64,000 nt of DNA from Lingula anatina (taxonomy: Eukaryota > Animalia > Brachiopoda), in contig CM120647.1 in assembly GCA_051362555.1 (NCBI GenBank), positions 15,166,651-15,230,650 on the forward strand, in the 5' to 3' direction. The notes beneath the pieces are model-generated. The model ran no database searches. It was given only the letters and a program-made list of their open reading frames with translations, and had not been told where the DNA came from. Of this stretch, positions 1 to 12,248 are shown piece by piece; the stretch's first letter is position 1, and each line of letters opens with the position of its first letter. The position numbers and the translations under genes are program-made.

Positions 1-112
1 GAATGTCATGGCTTTAATGCTGATAATCAAAATCCTTATTAAAGGCTGCATGTGCGGAAAAGAAGAAAAACAGAATAAATACATTGCCAAAATAATATCA
101 TTCATATTTCAG

Positions 113-346
113 GTCGCAAAATTCTTCGCAGGCGATGAAGACCTAAAGAGGTGGTTTGAAGGATGTCACATGATGAACCGCATCGGCGAAAGCGCAGAAG
201 TTGCCGCCGCCATTGCCTTCCTCTGCAGCAGAGACGCATCCTTCATCACGGGCGCCGATCTCCCGGTAGATGGCGGGTACGCAGCAGTAGGCCCTGAAAG
301 GCATGGGAAAGACGGAGCCAAGTTTACTGGCACGATGCCAGAGTAG
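113..346 (+). CDS. SDR oxidoreductase copy 1, last exon only (rest lies upstream of the window)
   Basis: ttcag acceptor at 112; [10 protein letters not shown]...[35 protein letters not shown]...TAG; 234 nt, the same length as exon 4 of copies 4 and 5. Confidence 0.85.
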   Translation, partial: VAKFFAGDEDLKRWFEGCHMMNRIGESAEVAAAIAFLCSRDASFITGADLPVDGGYAAVGPERHGKDGAKFTGTMPE

Positions 347-539
347 ACGCTGCACCTGTCCTTCATTTAGAACTAAGCCAAGTTTAACTGTCCAATGCCC
401 CAAATGGTTCCTACCGCATGCCCATTGCCCTTCCATTTTAGAAAATAGGGAGGATCATCTCGCGACACCACGAAATTAAATCGTTGGTAGAAAATGAATA
501 GAAAAACACCAATAAAATAGCTAGTCCTTCTATGTTTAA

Positions 540-876
540 AGGGATAATAACTCTTCGTATGAAATTTATATTTCACAATAAAAACATTGTGAATAGCTCA
601 TAGAAATATAATATATTCTGTTTTACGACGAAAACAGCAGTTATAGCTATTATTCTGATATCTGAGCTTGTCTTCAGATCACGTGACCTCCATTGATGGC
701 TATACTCTGTTATAATCACTTAAGAGATTTTAACAAAAAACCAAACTTCTTAGAAAAAAACCAGAGACTAACTTTGAATGTAAAAATGGATTCATTAACC
801 ATTGGTAAGCATGGGAAAATTGTTGTTTACTCCAGAAAAATTCATGTTTTGGCCAAAACGAAGAGTTATTATCCCT
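540..876. mobile_element. Non-autonomous TIR element (Kolobok-like MITE), TTAA target duplication
   Basis: TIR agggataataactcttcg...cgaagagttattatccct, TTAA on both sides; the empty site tatgtTTAAtgcc is seen in the paralogous unit at about 23480. Confidence 0.85.
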
Positions 877-1718
877 TTAATGCCTTACATAATGCATGGT
901 ATAAATAATGCAATGCAGAATAACAAGATACAGTACGAAAAGTAGTGCCTTATTGGTTGTAAAGGTATATATGGAGAGCGTATAATTGATTATTTAAAAT
1001 GAATCCAATGCTGTGTGTTGAGACGAATGTCATAGTAAAATGCTTAACAATAACAATAATAATAAAAGTAGTGCAATTAGAAAGTCTCTTTGAGGTAATT
1101 ATACTGTCACCTAGTATTTCAGAGATTAAAACTTTTTAGTAGTTGTATTACAGGCCGGCTTTACCCAGACCCTTTTCCGTTGTATAAGCCATTCAAATGA
1201 CAGTTCACGGATTATCCTATATTACAATGAACTTCTGCTAGTGTAATCAAAGCATGTTCCATATTTCCTTGACAATGGTCAAAGATATTCTGTATAGTTT
1301 TTCAACAACAAATGTTATTTTCCCTCGAGAAATAAATTTAACTCATGAAACGTTGCACAACCAGGCCTTGTATTGGGTTTGGGGCTTTTCTAATGATTCC
1401 AACTTACTTCTAGTCCAGCCATCATTGTTTCTGGCATCCAAAAAGAAACTGTCAACATCATTTGATGGACTTTCTAGTTTTATAAAGTATGAATTGGGTA
1501 AGATACGTAATCATGAAGGATATTTAGACATGAAAAATATGACTTTGGGAACAAATTTGAAATAGGTATAGAATATCTTTAAAGCATTGAAACAGAGTCC
1601 ATTACATGAGCCTTAAAAATCAACTGACTGGATGCATATGATTCACATGTTTTTCCAAGTAAAATACACAGAATGACAGTCCTAGAACATTACATAAATA
1701 AGGAAATAAATATTCCTG

Positions 1719-2250
1719 TCATTTGACCTCTCCAACGACATGTTTCTTTCTCTCTGGTACAAACGGAACAGCGCCTGGCTTGCTATGTGCTCTTCTGTTA
1801 GCCTCCCCGGAAGAGTAAATATATAATTTTTGACATTTATTTTTAAAAAACAAGAAAATGATTTACAAATTCAATACAGTGATTTCACATTGATTACTTT
1901 CTAAAAGGTCAGTCAGTCAACTTTTTCAAAAGGAACTTAGTAATATAATCAATCTAGTATTACACAACTAAGTTTTGACTTTTAACGGAAGTACTTTTAT
2001 AATGCCTTCAAAATTTGACAGTCTCTTATTTTGCAATGATACAACATTCTGGGTGGAATTATGTACAGAAATGTCCCTTGGTGTTAAATAAACTAAAGAA
2101 TATATAATTTATGCTTAATACTTGGTCATTTCATATTAAGTTTTTACATGGTTTTTATCATTTTAAGTTTTAAAGATGACTATAGATAAATCTTTATGCA
2201 TTATGATCATACTTTCTTTACATTGATCCCTTTATCTCTTATCTCCTTCT
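1719..2250 (-). pseudogene. DCAF13: Duplicated 3' fragment of DCAF13 (last exon 1719-1806 plus part of the penultimate exon, about 2213-2250)
   Basis: Near-identical to 41131-41218 (EANRRAHSKPGAVPFVPERKKHVVGEVK*); acceptor AG mutated; no upstream exons. Confidence 0.85.
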
Positions 2251-3526
2251 AACTGCGGTTTACAATATGGAGATAATTACAAAAGGCAACCTTTTTTAAA
2301 AAAAAGAAACAAGGACCAACTTTGAAAGTAGGAAAAAATTATTAATTATTAGTGGAATGGAAAAATAGCCGTTTACCCCAGTTAAGTCCTTTTTTGGCCA
2401 AAACAATCAGTTGTTATTCGTCAAACCTTTCAGCGATAGCGAGTAAAACCCTATGCGCCAGTTATGTACATATATATGCATCAACGACATATCAAAACAT
2501 AAGAATCATAAATGGTCCTGCAAATGTAAGATCTTCCAGGATTGACAAAATACAAACAGAAAAAACCGAAAATGTAGGAGCCACATACATGTACCTTTAC
2601 GAAAATTCCCTGTCGGCTACAAACACTATACATGTAAAGAGACACCATGGGATTTACCCGCCAAAATGGATTTTCCAAGGGAAATAAGCAATTTTCTTAT
2701 ACTAACAATCCGATTGTCTATTCATCTCTGGACTTGAATTCGACCTTTTAGTTAAATCTTGGACATAATAATGAATTAAGTCCAAGGTTAAATTTAAAAA
2801 AGTTGATATAGTTTAAGATGACTGGCCATGAAATTAATTCTATGCACAAATTCTCTGGACAGTGGAGTAAATGTCTCGAATAAGCAACGCAGAGACATAT
2901 GTTCGCAAATATCTAGAGAAAAGTCAAGCTATGGTCCTGGTAAAAGGTTCACAAAAACACAATCGTCAAGACGGTGACCCGCAACAGCAGGCCAACCCAA
3001 AATAGGTCACTGGTTTCTCGCTTTTGATTCTGTAAAATGGAAAACCAGGTCAGGAGTGACTTAAAATGGCAGCTCTTCAACCTAGCCTGGATGCAGCAAG
3101 CACTAAGGACAGACTCAAGGGGTGGGTAGCTATAGTCACGGGGGGAGCCGGTGGTATAGGCAGTGCATGTGTACGACGATTCTTGAATGACGGAGCACTT
3201 AATTGTTGCCTTCTTCGACATCGACCAAGTTGCCGGGAAACAGTTGGAGGCTAAGCTCCAGGCGGCTGGCTTTGAGACGAAATTTTACCAGGTCGACGTT
3301 TCTGACAGAGAGGCATGCTACAAGGCCGTTAGCCACGTAGCTAACCAGTACGGTGGCTGCATCAACTTTCTTGTGAACTGTGCTGCGGCATTTATATTAA
3401 AAGGCAAGTTGAAGTTACGGATTGCGGGAAACGATTTCCGACACCCCACGAGCATTTTTTACAAAATCATTTTTACAAAATCATATAAAAAGCACCACCT
3501 TTGTTATATATCCCAATATATATATA

Positions 3527-3624
3527 CAGACTTGACATTTAATGTGGAATATTTTCTCCAAACTATAATTAATTAGTTTTTTTCCTATTTTGCTGACTGA
3601 TACATGATGGTTCAGTTCAGGTTC

Positions 3625-3670
<46 letters not shown>

Positions 3671-4602
3671 TAGGACATACAGGGCGTTGATACAGCTAGT
3701 AATGACCTACCCACATATTGTCTATGTGGTTCAAATATGGCGATTTTGATGACCAAGGTAACTGCTCATTCCCTTGGTTCTGCAAGTTATCTGCCATTAA
3801 AAGTGCTTTGTGTGAACCGGCAATCTCATCGTGCGACCTAAAATTGCTCCTAAGGTGCCCCCTTTCAGATGATGGTTAAGTGGTTTCCAGAGTATTCCTT
3901 TATTTAATCTGGTTCAGGTTTCCATTGATGACTCCCATTGGTAGTTTGGCACCAATGTGGTATCCACTCTGAATAGTGACGCTGTCAATGACCCTAGTCA
4001 CTTAAGAAGTGGCCTCTTCAGGATATCTATAAACTCCGTTTTGACCAGTTTAGCGATACAGGTGAAATCTGACCTCAATAAAGAAACCCACGCGGTTCTA
4101 CCCAGAAACGGTCATGGTTCCCAATTCATTACAGAAACAGACTACGCTGTTTTGCTGTTTACAATGGCTTCCTCAGAGGTCGCCTGATATCTTACAGAGC
4201 ATTCCGTTTGACACAATAATCTGTCTTGCCATATCTGTATTTTTCGAGCCCTTCTGGCACAGGTTATCAATTTTATAAAACACTGCTTAACTCATTTTAC
4301 GCACTGCAAAACAGACCGCTTGCATGCCAAATTTCGAATTCTTCGATTCAGTAGTTGCCGACATATGGATACTTTTTTTTGACAGAATCATGTTTCATCA
4401 AAGGCAAGCTTTGACCAGCCCAGGAGCACTAGCCAATTAAATCATTGCATATTACACAATGCAGCAGTGGTAGCGACACACCTGACTTCATACTTCTCCA
4501 GTCAGATATCTTATGTGAGATCTGAGTTTTTTGAAAAAAGAACGCATTTTTACCCAGGTATACCTTTAAAACTGAAATATTCCATATTAAATGCCAAGTC
4601 TG
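3527..4602 (-). mobile_element. Decayed Tc1-like element in SDR copy 2 intron 1
   Basis: TIR cagacttgacatttaatgtggaatattt / aaatattccatattaaatgccaagtctg, flanked by TA; TIR resembles the Tc1 at 13360; minus-strand remnants such as RRPLRKPL. Confidence 0.65.
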
Positions 4603-5119
4603 TATAAACAGTTAGGACCGTAGCCCCCCCCCCCCCCCCCCAACACACACACACACACACACACACACCAGAGAGAGAGAGAGAGTGAGAGGGAGAGAGG
4701 GGGGTTACATTACATCAAACACAACATTAAAATATGTATGCTACATTGAGATCATTGACGGAAGGCTGGTCCTGATATCCCTGCTCTCTCACTCTGTCTC
4801 TCTCTCCTCTCGCTTGTCAACATTTAATCAACGTTCGTCTTTGTTCCCCAGCTTTAGATGCCGACACGTCCGACTGGGCACAAGTCATGAGTGTGAATGT
4901 GGCTGGATACTCGAATATGGTACAGGCCTGCTTTCCTCACATGAAGACAGGTAAACATATCTCTATTTTATTCTCCATCTCCTCCTCTCCATCTCTTTCT
5001 CTCCCTCTCTTTCTCCATCCAATAATACCGGTGTCATGAAACTGAGGGTCCGCCCTCCATATAGTTATAATGGTTAGGGTTAGTCTGACCTAAGTGGGTC
5101 AAAATCTAGGGCGAGGCTC

Positions 5120-5317
5120 ACCTGTACAAAGTAATGGGAATCAGAGTCTTCTGTCATGGGCGACTTTCTGGTACATGGCACCGACCAAGGAGAGCCACTC
5201 GCCAACATGGCGGCGGACACCTGTACAAAGTAAAGGGAATCGGAGTCTTTTGTCATGGGGGACTTTCTGGTACATGGCACCGGCCAAGGAGAGCCACTCG
5301 CCAACATGGCGGCGGAC
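5120..5317. repeat. Tandem duplication of a ~99-bp unit inside an interspersed repeat in intron 2
   Basis: Two copies of acctgtacaaagtaa...ccactcgccaacatggcggcggac; only one copy at about 31269-31367 in SDR copy 5. Confidence 0.85.
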
Positions 5318-6005
5318 CCGATGATTAACAAATTTTGCTGATTTGTATAGTTGCATCAACGATATTAATTACCTATTTATAAATATTGCTTATGTACGTT
5401 GTGAATGACCATTTCCTGTGTTTGCTTGCGACTGCTTTTTCTTTTTTCCAAGTGCATTGCGCTGTATTAGGGTGTATAACGCACTTTAGGGACGCCCATC
5501 TCTTGCCACTCTGTGAAAGTGTGTGCACATGTCTTTGTGTCTCCCCTCTTTTTAAATAACGAGTTTTCATAAGTGTTTGTTTCATCTGCCTGTGTCTATC
5601 CACCTACACAACAAAACATCAGCAAAATCAGCATCGTAATTAATACCGACTTTCTTTCAAATTCAGTCTTTTCTCCAATTAGAATAAATTTTGTTCATCG
5701 GACAAAGTTAAAATGCCAACATGCAATCAATCTCCAAATATTTATCATATTTTGTCAAAATTGAGCAGTTACATTAATATTTCATCAATACTTCACTGAT
5801 ATTTCACCAACACAGCCGAACCTGACGCCAGATCAGTCGTCAATATAGCCAGTATGGTCGGCCACGTGGCATCGGCCAGTAAGTGGACGTACTCGACCAG
5901 TAAAGGTGCTGTGCTGGGGCTGACCCGGTGTATGGCACTGGACTTGGCCAAAGATGACATACGGGTGAACTCCGTGTCACCGGGAGCCATAAAGACGGCA
6001 GCGGT

Positions 6006-6050
<45 letters not shown>

Positions 6051-6197
6051 GGTATCAGAAGATTCGCTGATATTGACAAATTTGATTGAAGAAATGATGA
6101 AAGATTTGAGCTGAAGAGAGAATGTCATGGTTTTAACGCTGATTTTTAAAATCCATATTAAAGGCAGTGCGGAGCAGAAGAAAGAACACTGCCAAAA

Positions 6198-7935
6198 TGC
6201 CTTGGAATAAGCCTTGGAATTGTTGCCCACAGTTGACGATTGACTATTTGCCAAAGCATTTTCCAACTGTCGGGTCAACAATTCCGGCAGGACACAATAG
6301 AGCCTAAAAGTATCCAGTTTGGTTGCCATCCCTTATTACCCTCGTAATCACATGCACAATCCACAGGGGTCCAAACAACGAGGTCAACATACTGGGCATT
6401 AGCCACGTACTACTTCTGAAGCTGTACTTGGGCATAGTACTTGCGTTTCTTTTTGAGAGAAAATGAATCATCTTGACAAAAAATTCTCCTTGGATGTTGT
6501 CCTCCATTGTTTTCTCACGGCAGTTGAAAGGGCATTTTATCTCAAGAACACCAAGTCCGCAACAAGAACATGTGATGATGCCATCTGATGATGCACCAAA
6601 ATGTGGTTTTTGTGGTGAAAGCAGTAAGCCCGACTCTGTTAAATGGGCCTCAGAATGTTGAAGCCCAACATGGTCTGCCACATACACTCTTCCTGATGGG
6701 CACAGCTTGATGGGCTTGTGCGGGTCTTCCTGTACAGTTCATACGCATTCTCCTCATTCTCTCTCCCCCACTCAACAGCAGGTACTCTAAGGGCGCATTC
6801 CCATATATTTTAGATCGATCTATCCCCGTGGGAAGTCTCACTAGATTACTGCCAGATAATCGGGCTTAAATGTCCGTCCCGCCCACTACAAGCTCTAAGG
6901 GGGTAATTAACTACCGTGAGCGTGAGCACAGTGTAGAGGACGGCTTGGAAACACTTGTCTGCATAACGTCACCAGCAATAGATGCAGTTATTCTGCCAGT
7001 CCTTATTTCATGCCAAGCTGAGGATGAGGATTGCAACCTTGTTGTCTCCCCAACACTTTTAATTTCCTCAGGTGTTATATCATGTTTAGCATAAATGTCA
7101 TTACACACATCAATCACATCTTCCTTGCTAAGGGTCGTGTATTGTTCCTTGTAGAGAGTTCTCTGTTTGTATGGAACCGTGGTAACAGGGGCAAAATCTT
7201 CAGAATTTTCTTCTATAAAGGTCTCATTGTACTCGCTCCAAGCACTAAGTTCGACTACAGTAGTAGTCCCTAGATGTCTAATTGACTGTGCTGTTCCCCA
7301 TAAGTGGCTGGCCGCGGCAATTCCCTGTGGACTCTTGTGCTCTCCCTCAACTTTCTCTTAGCTTTTTCACTGTAGTACATTATAGATGCAATGGGGGCTA
7401 GTTCAACATCCTTAACATAGCATTCATTCCACTGACATGGCAAATCAGTCCAGGCAGAGGTTGTGTAACCTAGTCTCACTGCGGCTTCCACTTTATACAG
7501 CACCGCTCCAATGTGAGAACATGTCTCTCCCAATCTACAAAAAGAGACCAAATGTTTATAATTTGTTCAAGTGTCTCTCCAGACAGAGGAAACGTGTAAT
7601 TGCATAACCATCTAAATTTTATTTTCAATATTTCATGTTTTAAAGGCTAAAAAAAGTGCATTGCACATTATAAGATTTAAACTACTTTTATGTACAACAA
7701 GAATCACAACGGAAAAAATTACCCTGCCATGCAATCGCAGTGTGCAGTAATTACTTTGCCATCTTTGCTCATGCAAGGCCACCCGTTGGTGATGTGGCTC
7801 CTCTGCCACACGCCATGAAGGTTTCACATCTGCTTTAAGAATAAAATCACCTCTATTCGTCTTGTAATGATACACAGTCTGTACCCAGCCAGAGACGAAA
7901 AAACATGTGCATCCAAAGCCGAAGACAGTGATCAT
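6198..7935 (-). mobile_element. Decayed gene for a SWIM-finger plus YqaJ/lambda-exonuclease PD-(D/E)XK protein, the accessory gene typical of ISL2EU- or Kolobok-type DNA transposons
   Basis: Fragments WVQTV..KADVKPSWRV, CDCMAG/LGETCSHIGAVL (SWIM, split by intron 7535-7722), WHEIRTGRITAS, HFGASSDGIITCSCCGLGVLEIKCPF; frameshifts; interrupted by a MITE at about 6790-6930. Confidence 0.75.
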
Positions 7936-8307
7936 GTGACCTTCTTGGCATCAAGAGAATAGTGACTTTACTTGCGTTATATACCTACCAGTTGGCAAAT
8001 TTAAAATCTCTCACACTCTTAAAAAATTAACAAACTTTTCACGTTTAACAATTATTCTTTATAATTTTATTACACTAAGTCATATCATATGGGTATGGTT
8101 TGAAAACAGGAATTAGGTTACAGTTAAGCCATGCGTGCATACAAATTATTTGTAATTCTATAACTTTTTAATGAGCGTTGTGTGATTTACCTTTTGTTTT
8201 TAAGCTGTTCATTCTTCCTCTTTATCAGATATATCGGTAAAAATCAAATCTATCCCCCTTTGATAATTACATGTAGCACATGAATGCTCTGAAAACCAGC
8301 ACATACC

Positions 8308-8540
8308 TATTCCGAAACCGCCTCGTAGTAAAAGATGTCACCAAAACGTCGAATAATTACTCCTGTGGACTTGAAATAAACCTCCGTTTGATTTTGACTA
8401 TATTCCGTAACCGCTTCGTCGTCAGAAATAACAATTAAACTAGAATTATTACTCCCGTGAACTCATAATAAACATCCGTCTTATTTTTACTATATTCCGA
8501 AACTGCCTCCTTGTCAAAAATATCACCAATGAATAAATTT
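8308..8540. repeat. Degenerate tandem repeat, period about 92 bp, about 2.5-3 copies
   Basis: tattccg(a/t)aac(c/t)gc motif recurs at about 8308, 8401 and 8493 with similar following sequence. Confidence 0.65.
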
Positions 8541-8851
8541 CTTTCTCCTTCGCTCTTGTGAAAAATTAGTTTGAGTATATTCTGGTCCGACGCCCCTTGT
8601 TTATCAGAAATGTCACTAAAAAGTAGACGTTTTGACTTGGGACCTTTTTTTCTGCAGCAGTTCCAGCTAGGTGTGGCTCAGCTGAGACGCGCATGGTCAG
8701 TGTCGACGGTTGATTAAATACTTTTCAAGCCAGTTGAACGTCCACGAGAAGTATTTAGCAAAAATTGATCAAATTGGTCAGACATTACATAAGAATTCAG
8801 CGGGAGGTGACCAGCGCACGTGGACGAGTTTATTCCACATAACATCTCTAG

Positions 8852-9076
8852 GGGTGTATTCCCAGAGATTTAGATCGATCCAGAAATTAAGATTTAGATC
8901 GACCTAACTCCCTGGGGGTTCACGCTAAATTGCAGTCAGCCGAGCGCGCACCATAGTTAATTAACCCCTTACAGCTTTTAGTAGGCGGGACAGACGCTTA
9001 AGACGGCTAATGTTACAGTAATCTAGTGAGACTCCCCACAGGGATAGATCGATCTTAAATCTATGGGAATGGGGTC
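8852..9076. mobile_element. PIF/Harbinger-like MITE (family also at 10334-10537 and, partial and reversed, at about 6791-6930)
   Basis: Imperfect TIR gggtgtattcccagagatttagatcgatc / gatcgatcttaaatctatgggaatggggtc; 3-bp TAG on both sides. Confidence 0.75.
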
Positions 9077-10333
9077 TAGAGCGTGACATAGGTCACTTTA
9101 TTCGGTTTTAGGGGTTTGACTATATTTGTTCTCGGTATGTATGTCAAATAATACACTCGCTTACGCTCGAGGTATTATGGCATATATCGCTCGGGTGACA
9201 GTGTATTATCTCACACATGGACTTTCCCCGCGTTTGCCGCCTAATTGCGGCCCCTGCAATCCTTTTGTTTTGATATCAGCCCCGTGGCATGTATTCTTTG
9301 ATATCACCCCATGCGCGGTGATATCAGCGTGTTCTATTCAAAGTTAGGGGGTTTGGGTGGGGAACGCGCACGATTTCCCTTTGTATGTGTGACAAATAAT
9401 GCACTGTTACCCCCTCGCCCGATATACACGATAGCATGCCTCGCTGGCGCTCGTATTATCGGGCTCGTGGACAGTGCATTATTTCCTACATAATCCACTG
9501 TCCACGAGCCCGATATACACGATAGGCACTCGTGTATGCCACTTGACCCTCGCTGACTCGGGGTCTATCTATTACATAATCGTCATGACGGTGGCCTGCA
9601 ACAGGGGGCCAAAATAGGTCACCAATTCTTCACCTATGACTTTGCAAAAAGGAAAACCAGGGTAGGAGTGACTTAAGATGGCAGCTCTTCAACCTAGCCT
9701 GGATGCAGCAAGCACTAAGGACAGACTCAAGGGGCGGGTAGCTATAGTCACAGGGGGAGCCGGTGGTATAGGGAGTGCATGTGTGCGACGATTCTTGAAT
9801 GACGGAGCACTTGTTGCCTTCTTCGACATCGACCAAGGTGCCGGGAAACAGTTGGAGGCTGAGCTCCGGGCGGCTGGCTTTGAGACGAAATTTTACCAGG
9901 TCGACGTTTCCGACAGAGAGGCGTGCTTCAAGGCCGTTAGCCACGTAGCTAGCCAGTACGGTGGCTGCATCAACTTTCTTGTGAACTGTGCTGCGGCATT
10001 TATATATAAAGGTAAGTTGAAGTTATGGATTGCAGGAAACGATTTCCGACACCCCACGAGCATTTTCCCCAAATAATTTAAAAGTAAATGTTTGATAAAG
10101 ACAGCATGTTTTGTGGCATTTCTTACAATCAGGGGGTTGGCCGAGAATGGTCGATTCGGTCACCTTTCCCTGTTGGTTTCTAATCTACCAGCGAGAGAGC
10201 TGTTCAACCAGTGCAGATCTGTTCTGCCAGCTGGCATAATTTGTCCAGCTTTTCTAACGAAAATAACACCCCTTTTGTTATATTTCAATTTAAAACTTAA
10301 CTCGCGCTGTGATCCATAATGCATGAACATTAA

Positions 10334-10537
10334 GGGTGCTTTCCCAGAGATTTAGCTCGATCTAAAGATTAAGATTTATATCGACCTAACTCCCTGGGGG
10401 TTCACGCTAAATTGCAGTCAGCCGAGCGGGCACCATAGTTAATTACCCCTTTACAGCTTAAGCCGGCCAAGCTGACAGCAATCTAGTGAGACTCCCCACA
10501 GGGATAGATCGATCTAAAAATCTATGGAAATGGGATG
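10334..10537. mobile_element. Harbinger-like MITE in SDR copy 3 intron 1
   Basis: Same family as 8852-9076; flanked by TAA/TTA; absent from copy 4 intron 1. Confidence 0.7.
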
Positions 10538-11876
10538 TTAGTCGTAACCATCCCTTTTTTCGCCTTCAAATTCACAGCGCAAGAGCAACTCTCGCTTGCA
10601 TCTACATAAAACAAAATCAGATAAAAAACATTGTGTATGCTGCTGTGGGATGGGTGATGGGTCGGACTGGCCGGAGGGGGCTGATATCCCTACTCTCTCC
10701 CCTTGGTTTTCAACATTAAATCAAGAAGTTATAACTTTATAACTTCTTGATTAAATCAACGTTCGTCTTTGTTCTCCAGCTCTAGATGCCGACACGTCCG
10801 ACTGGGCACAAGTCATGAGTGTGAATGTGGCTGGATACTCGAATATGGTACAGGCCTGCTTTCCTCACATGAAGACAGGTAAAATACACATCTCTCCTCC
10901 TCTTTGTCCTCCTCCTCTCTCTCTCTCATCCTCTGCACCTCTCTCTCTCTCTCTTTCTCCCACTCTCTCCCCTCTATCTCCACCTTATGCGAGTGTGAGC
11001 ATGAATCCTTGCTGTCCACCGTAATAACAGCAAAATCTACATCGTGCACCCTTTGCACTGGACGGCGTCCTTTTTGCTTCTTTTGTGCGACCATTAAACT
11101 GGCCAGGTCGCCATTGAACGCTCAAAGAACGCACGGTCATCGCTTGGATCGCGCAGACGCCATGGTCACCGCAGTTTTGGGTATGTTCAAAACGATCGCA
11201 CAGAGAACGAGAGTTAGACGTACTGGCCACACCTGACACACAAATTCAGACACACAAGAGAGAGTGGCAACGATTGAAAACGAATGCATTACGCTCGTCC
11301 GGCGCGTTTGACGAATGCCAAAATTGCAAGAGTTGCCTTTTTTTTTTTTTAACGCGTCAGTCGAGCGCCGACCCTGCGTCGTGTAGGTGTGACCGGGGTA
11401 TTGAGCGCAGAAAGGATGCCGTCCAATGATAAGGGGCCTTTACTCCAATTTGAAAACAAATTCTAATCGAACAAAATTAAAAAGTAAACATTCCTTCAAT
11501 CTCCACATCTGAAATGTATCATATTTTGTCAATATTTTTGCAATTCGTACAGTACTTAAGCAATATTTCACTAATATTTAATCAACACAGCCGAACCTGA
11601 CGCCAGATCAGTCGTCAATATAGCCAGTAACCTCAGCCACGTGGCATCGGCCAGTAAGTGGACGTACTGTACCAGTAAAGGTGCCGTGCTGGAGCTTACC
11701 CGGTGTATGGCACTGGACTTGGCCAAAGATGACATACGGGTGAACTCTGTGTCACCGGGAGCCATAAATACGGCAGCGGTAAGTGTGTGTGTGTGTGTGT
11801 GTGAGAGAGAGAAAGGGGGGGGGGTGTTATCAGAAGATTCACTGATATCTTGAAATTTGATTGAAGAAATGCTTAA

Positions 11877-12248
11877 AGGTACATACAAAGTCAATTTTTT
11901 GTCATAAAAACCAACCAAATGCCAGCATATAGTTTCAAGTAATATAACTAAGAGAATTACCAAAAGGCATTGTTTAATTTTACCGGAAAGTGATGTTTGA
12001 ACAGATTTTTCTGCTAGCTTTCTATGCTGTATGTCAATGGGGCAGAAAAGTAGGTCACAAAAGTAGGTTAAATTGACAACCAAAAATTTAAAGAAAGGAG
12101 CACTCTAAAGCTCTTTTATGGCTGATCGGGTGATTTATTCTGTTTATCCCTTGGCATGTCGAATTTTTTAGAGTCGTATAAGAAATTAGTAGCAGTGGTT
12201 TACATGTGTTACTGGGAATTAATCCACGCTCCACCGATGCTCGTACCT
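11877..12248. mobile_element. TTAA-flanked non-autonomous element (Kolobok-like) in copy 3 intron 3
   Basis: TTAA-aggtac...gtacct-TTAA; absent from intron 3 of the other SDR copies. Confidence 0.7.

Larger units (their letters stand above)
3066..6003 (+). pseudogene. SDR copy 2 pseudogene (exons 3066-3403, 4852-4950, 5816-6003; exon 4 absent)
   Basis: TGGAGGIG, NCAA and YSTSK motifs; 4-bp insertion at about 3199-3204 frameshifts exon 1 (338 vs 334 nt); homology stops at about 6197, just before the exon 4 acceptor. Confidence 0.85.

Noticed and set aside
1254-1565. Recurrent 103-118 aa ORF (also 23858-24214)
   Set aside because: Conserved only because of recent duplication; broken in the other units, no motifs; lies in DCAF13 3' flank copies
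5071-5085. ggttagggttag telomere-like motif (also about 31222)
   Set aside because: Only two units and part of an interspersed repeat; not an interstitial telomere
8600-8700. Minus-strand MRVSAEPHLAGTAAEKK resembles the PHLAGT motif of M28 glutamate carboxypeptidases
   Set aside because: Only about 10 residues, no flanking homology or clear splice sites; may be chance
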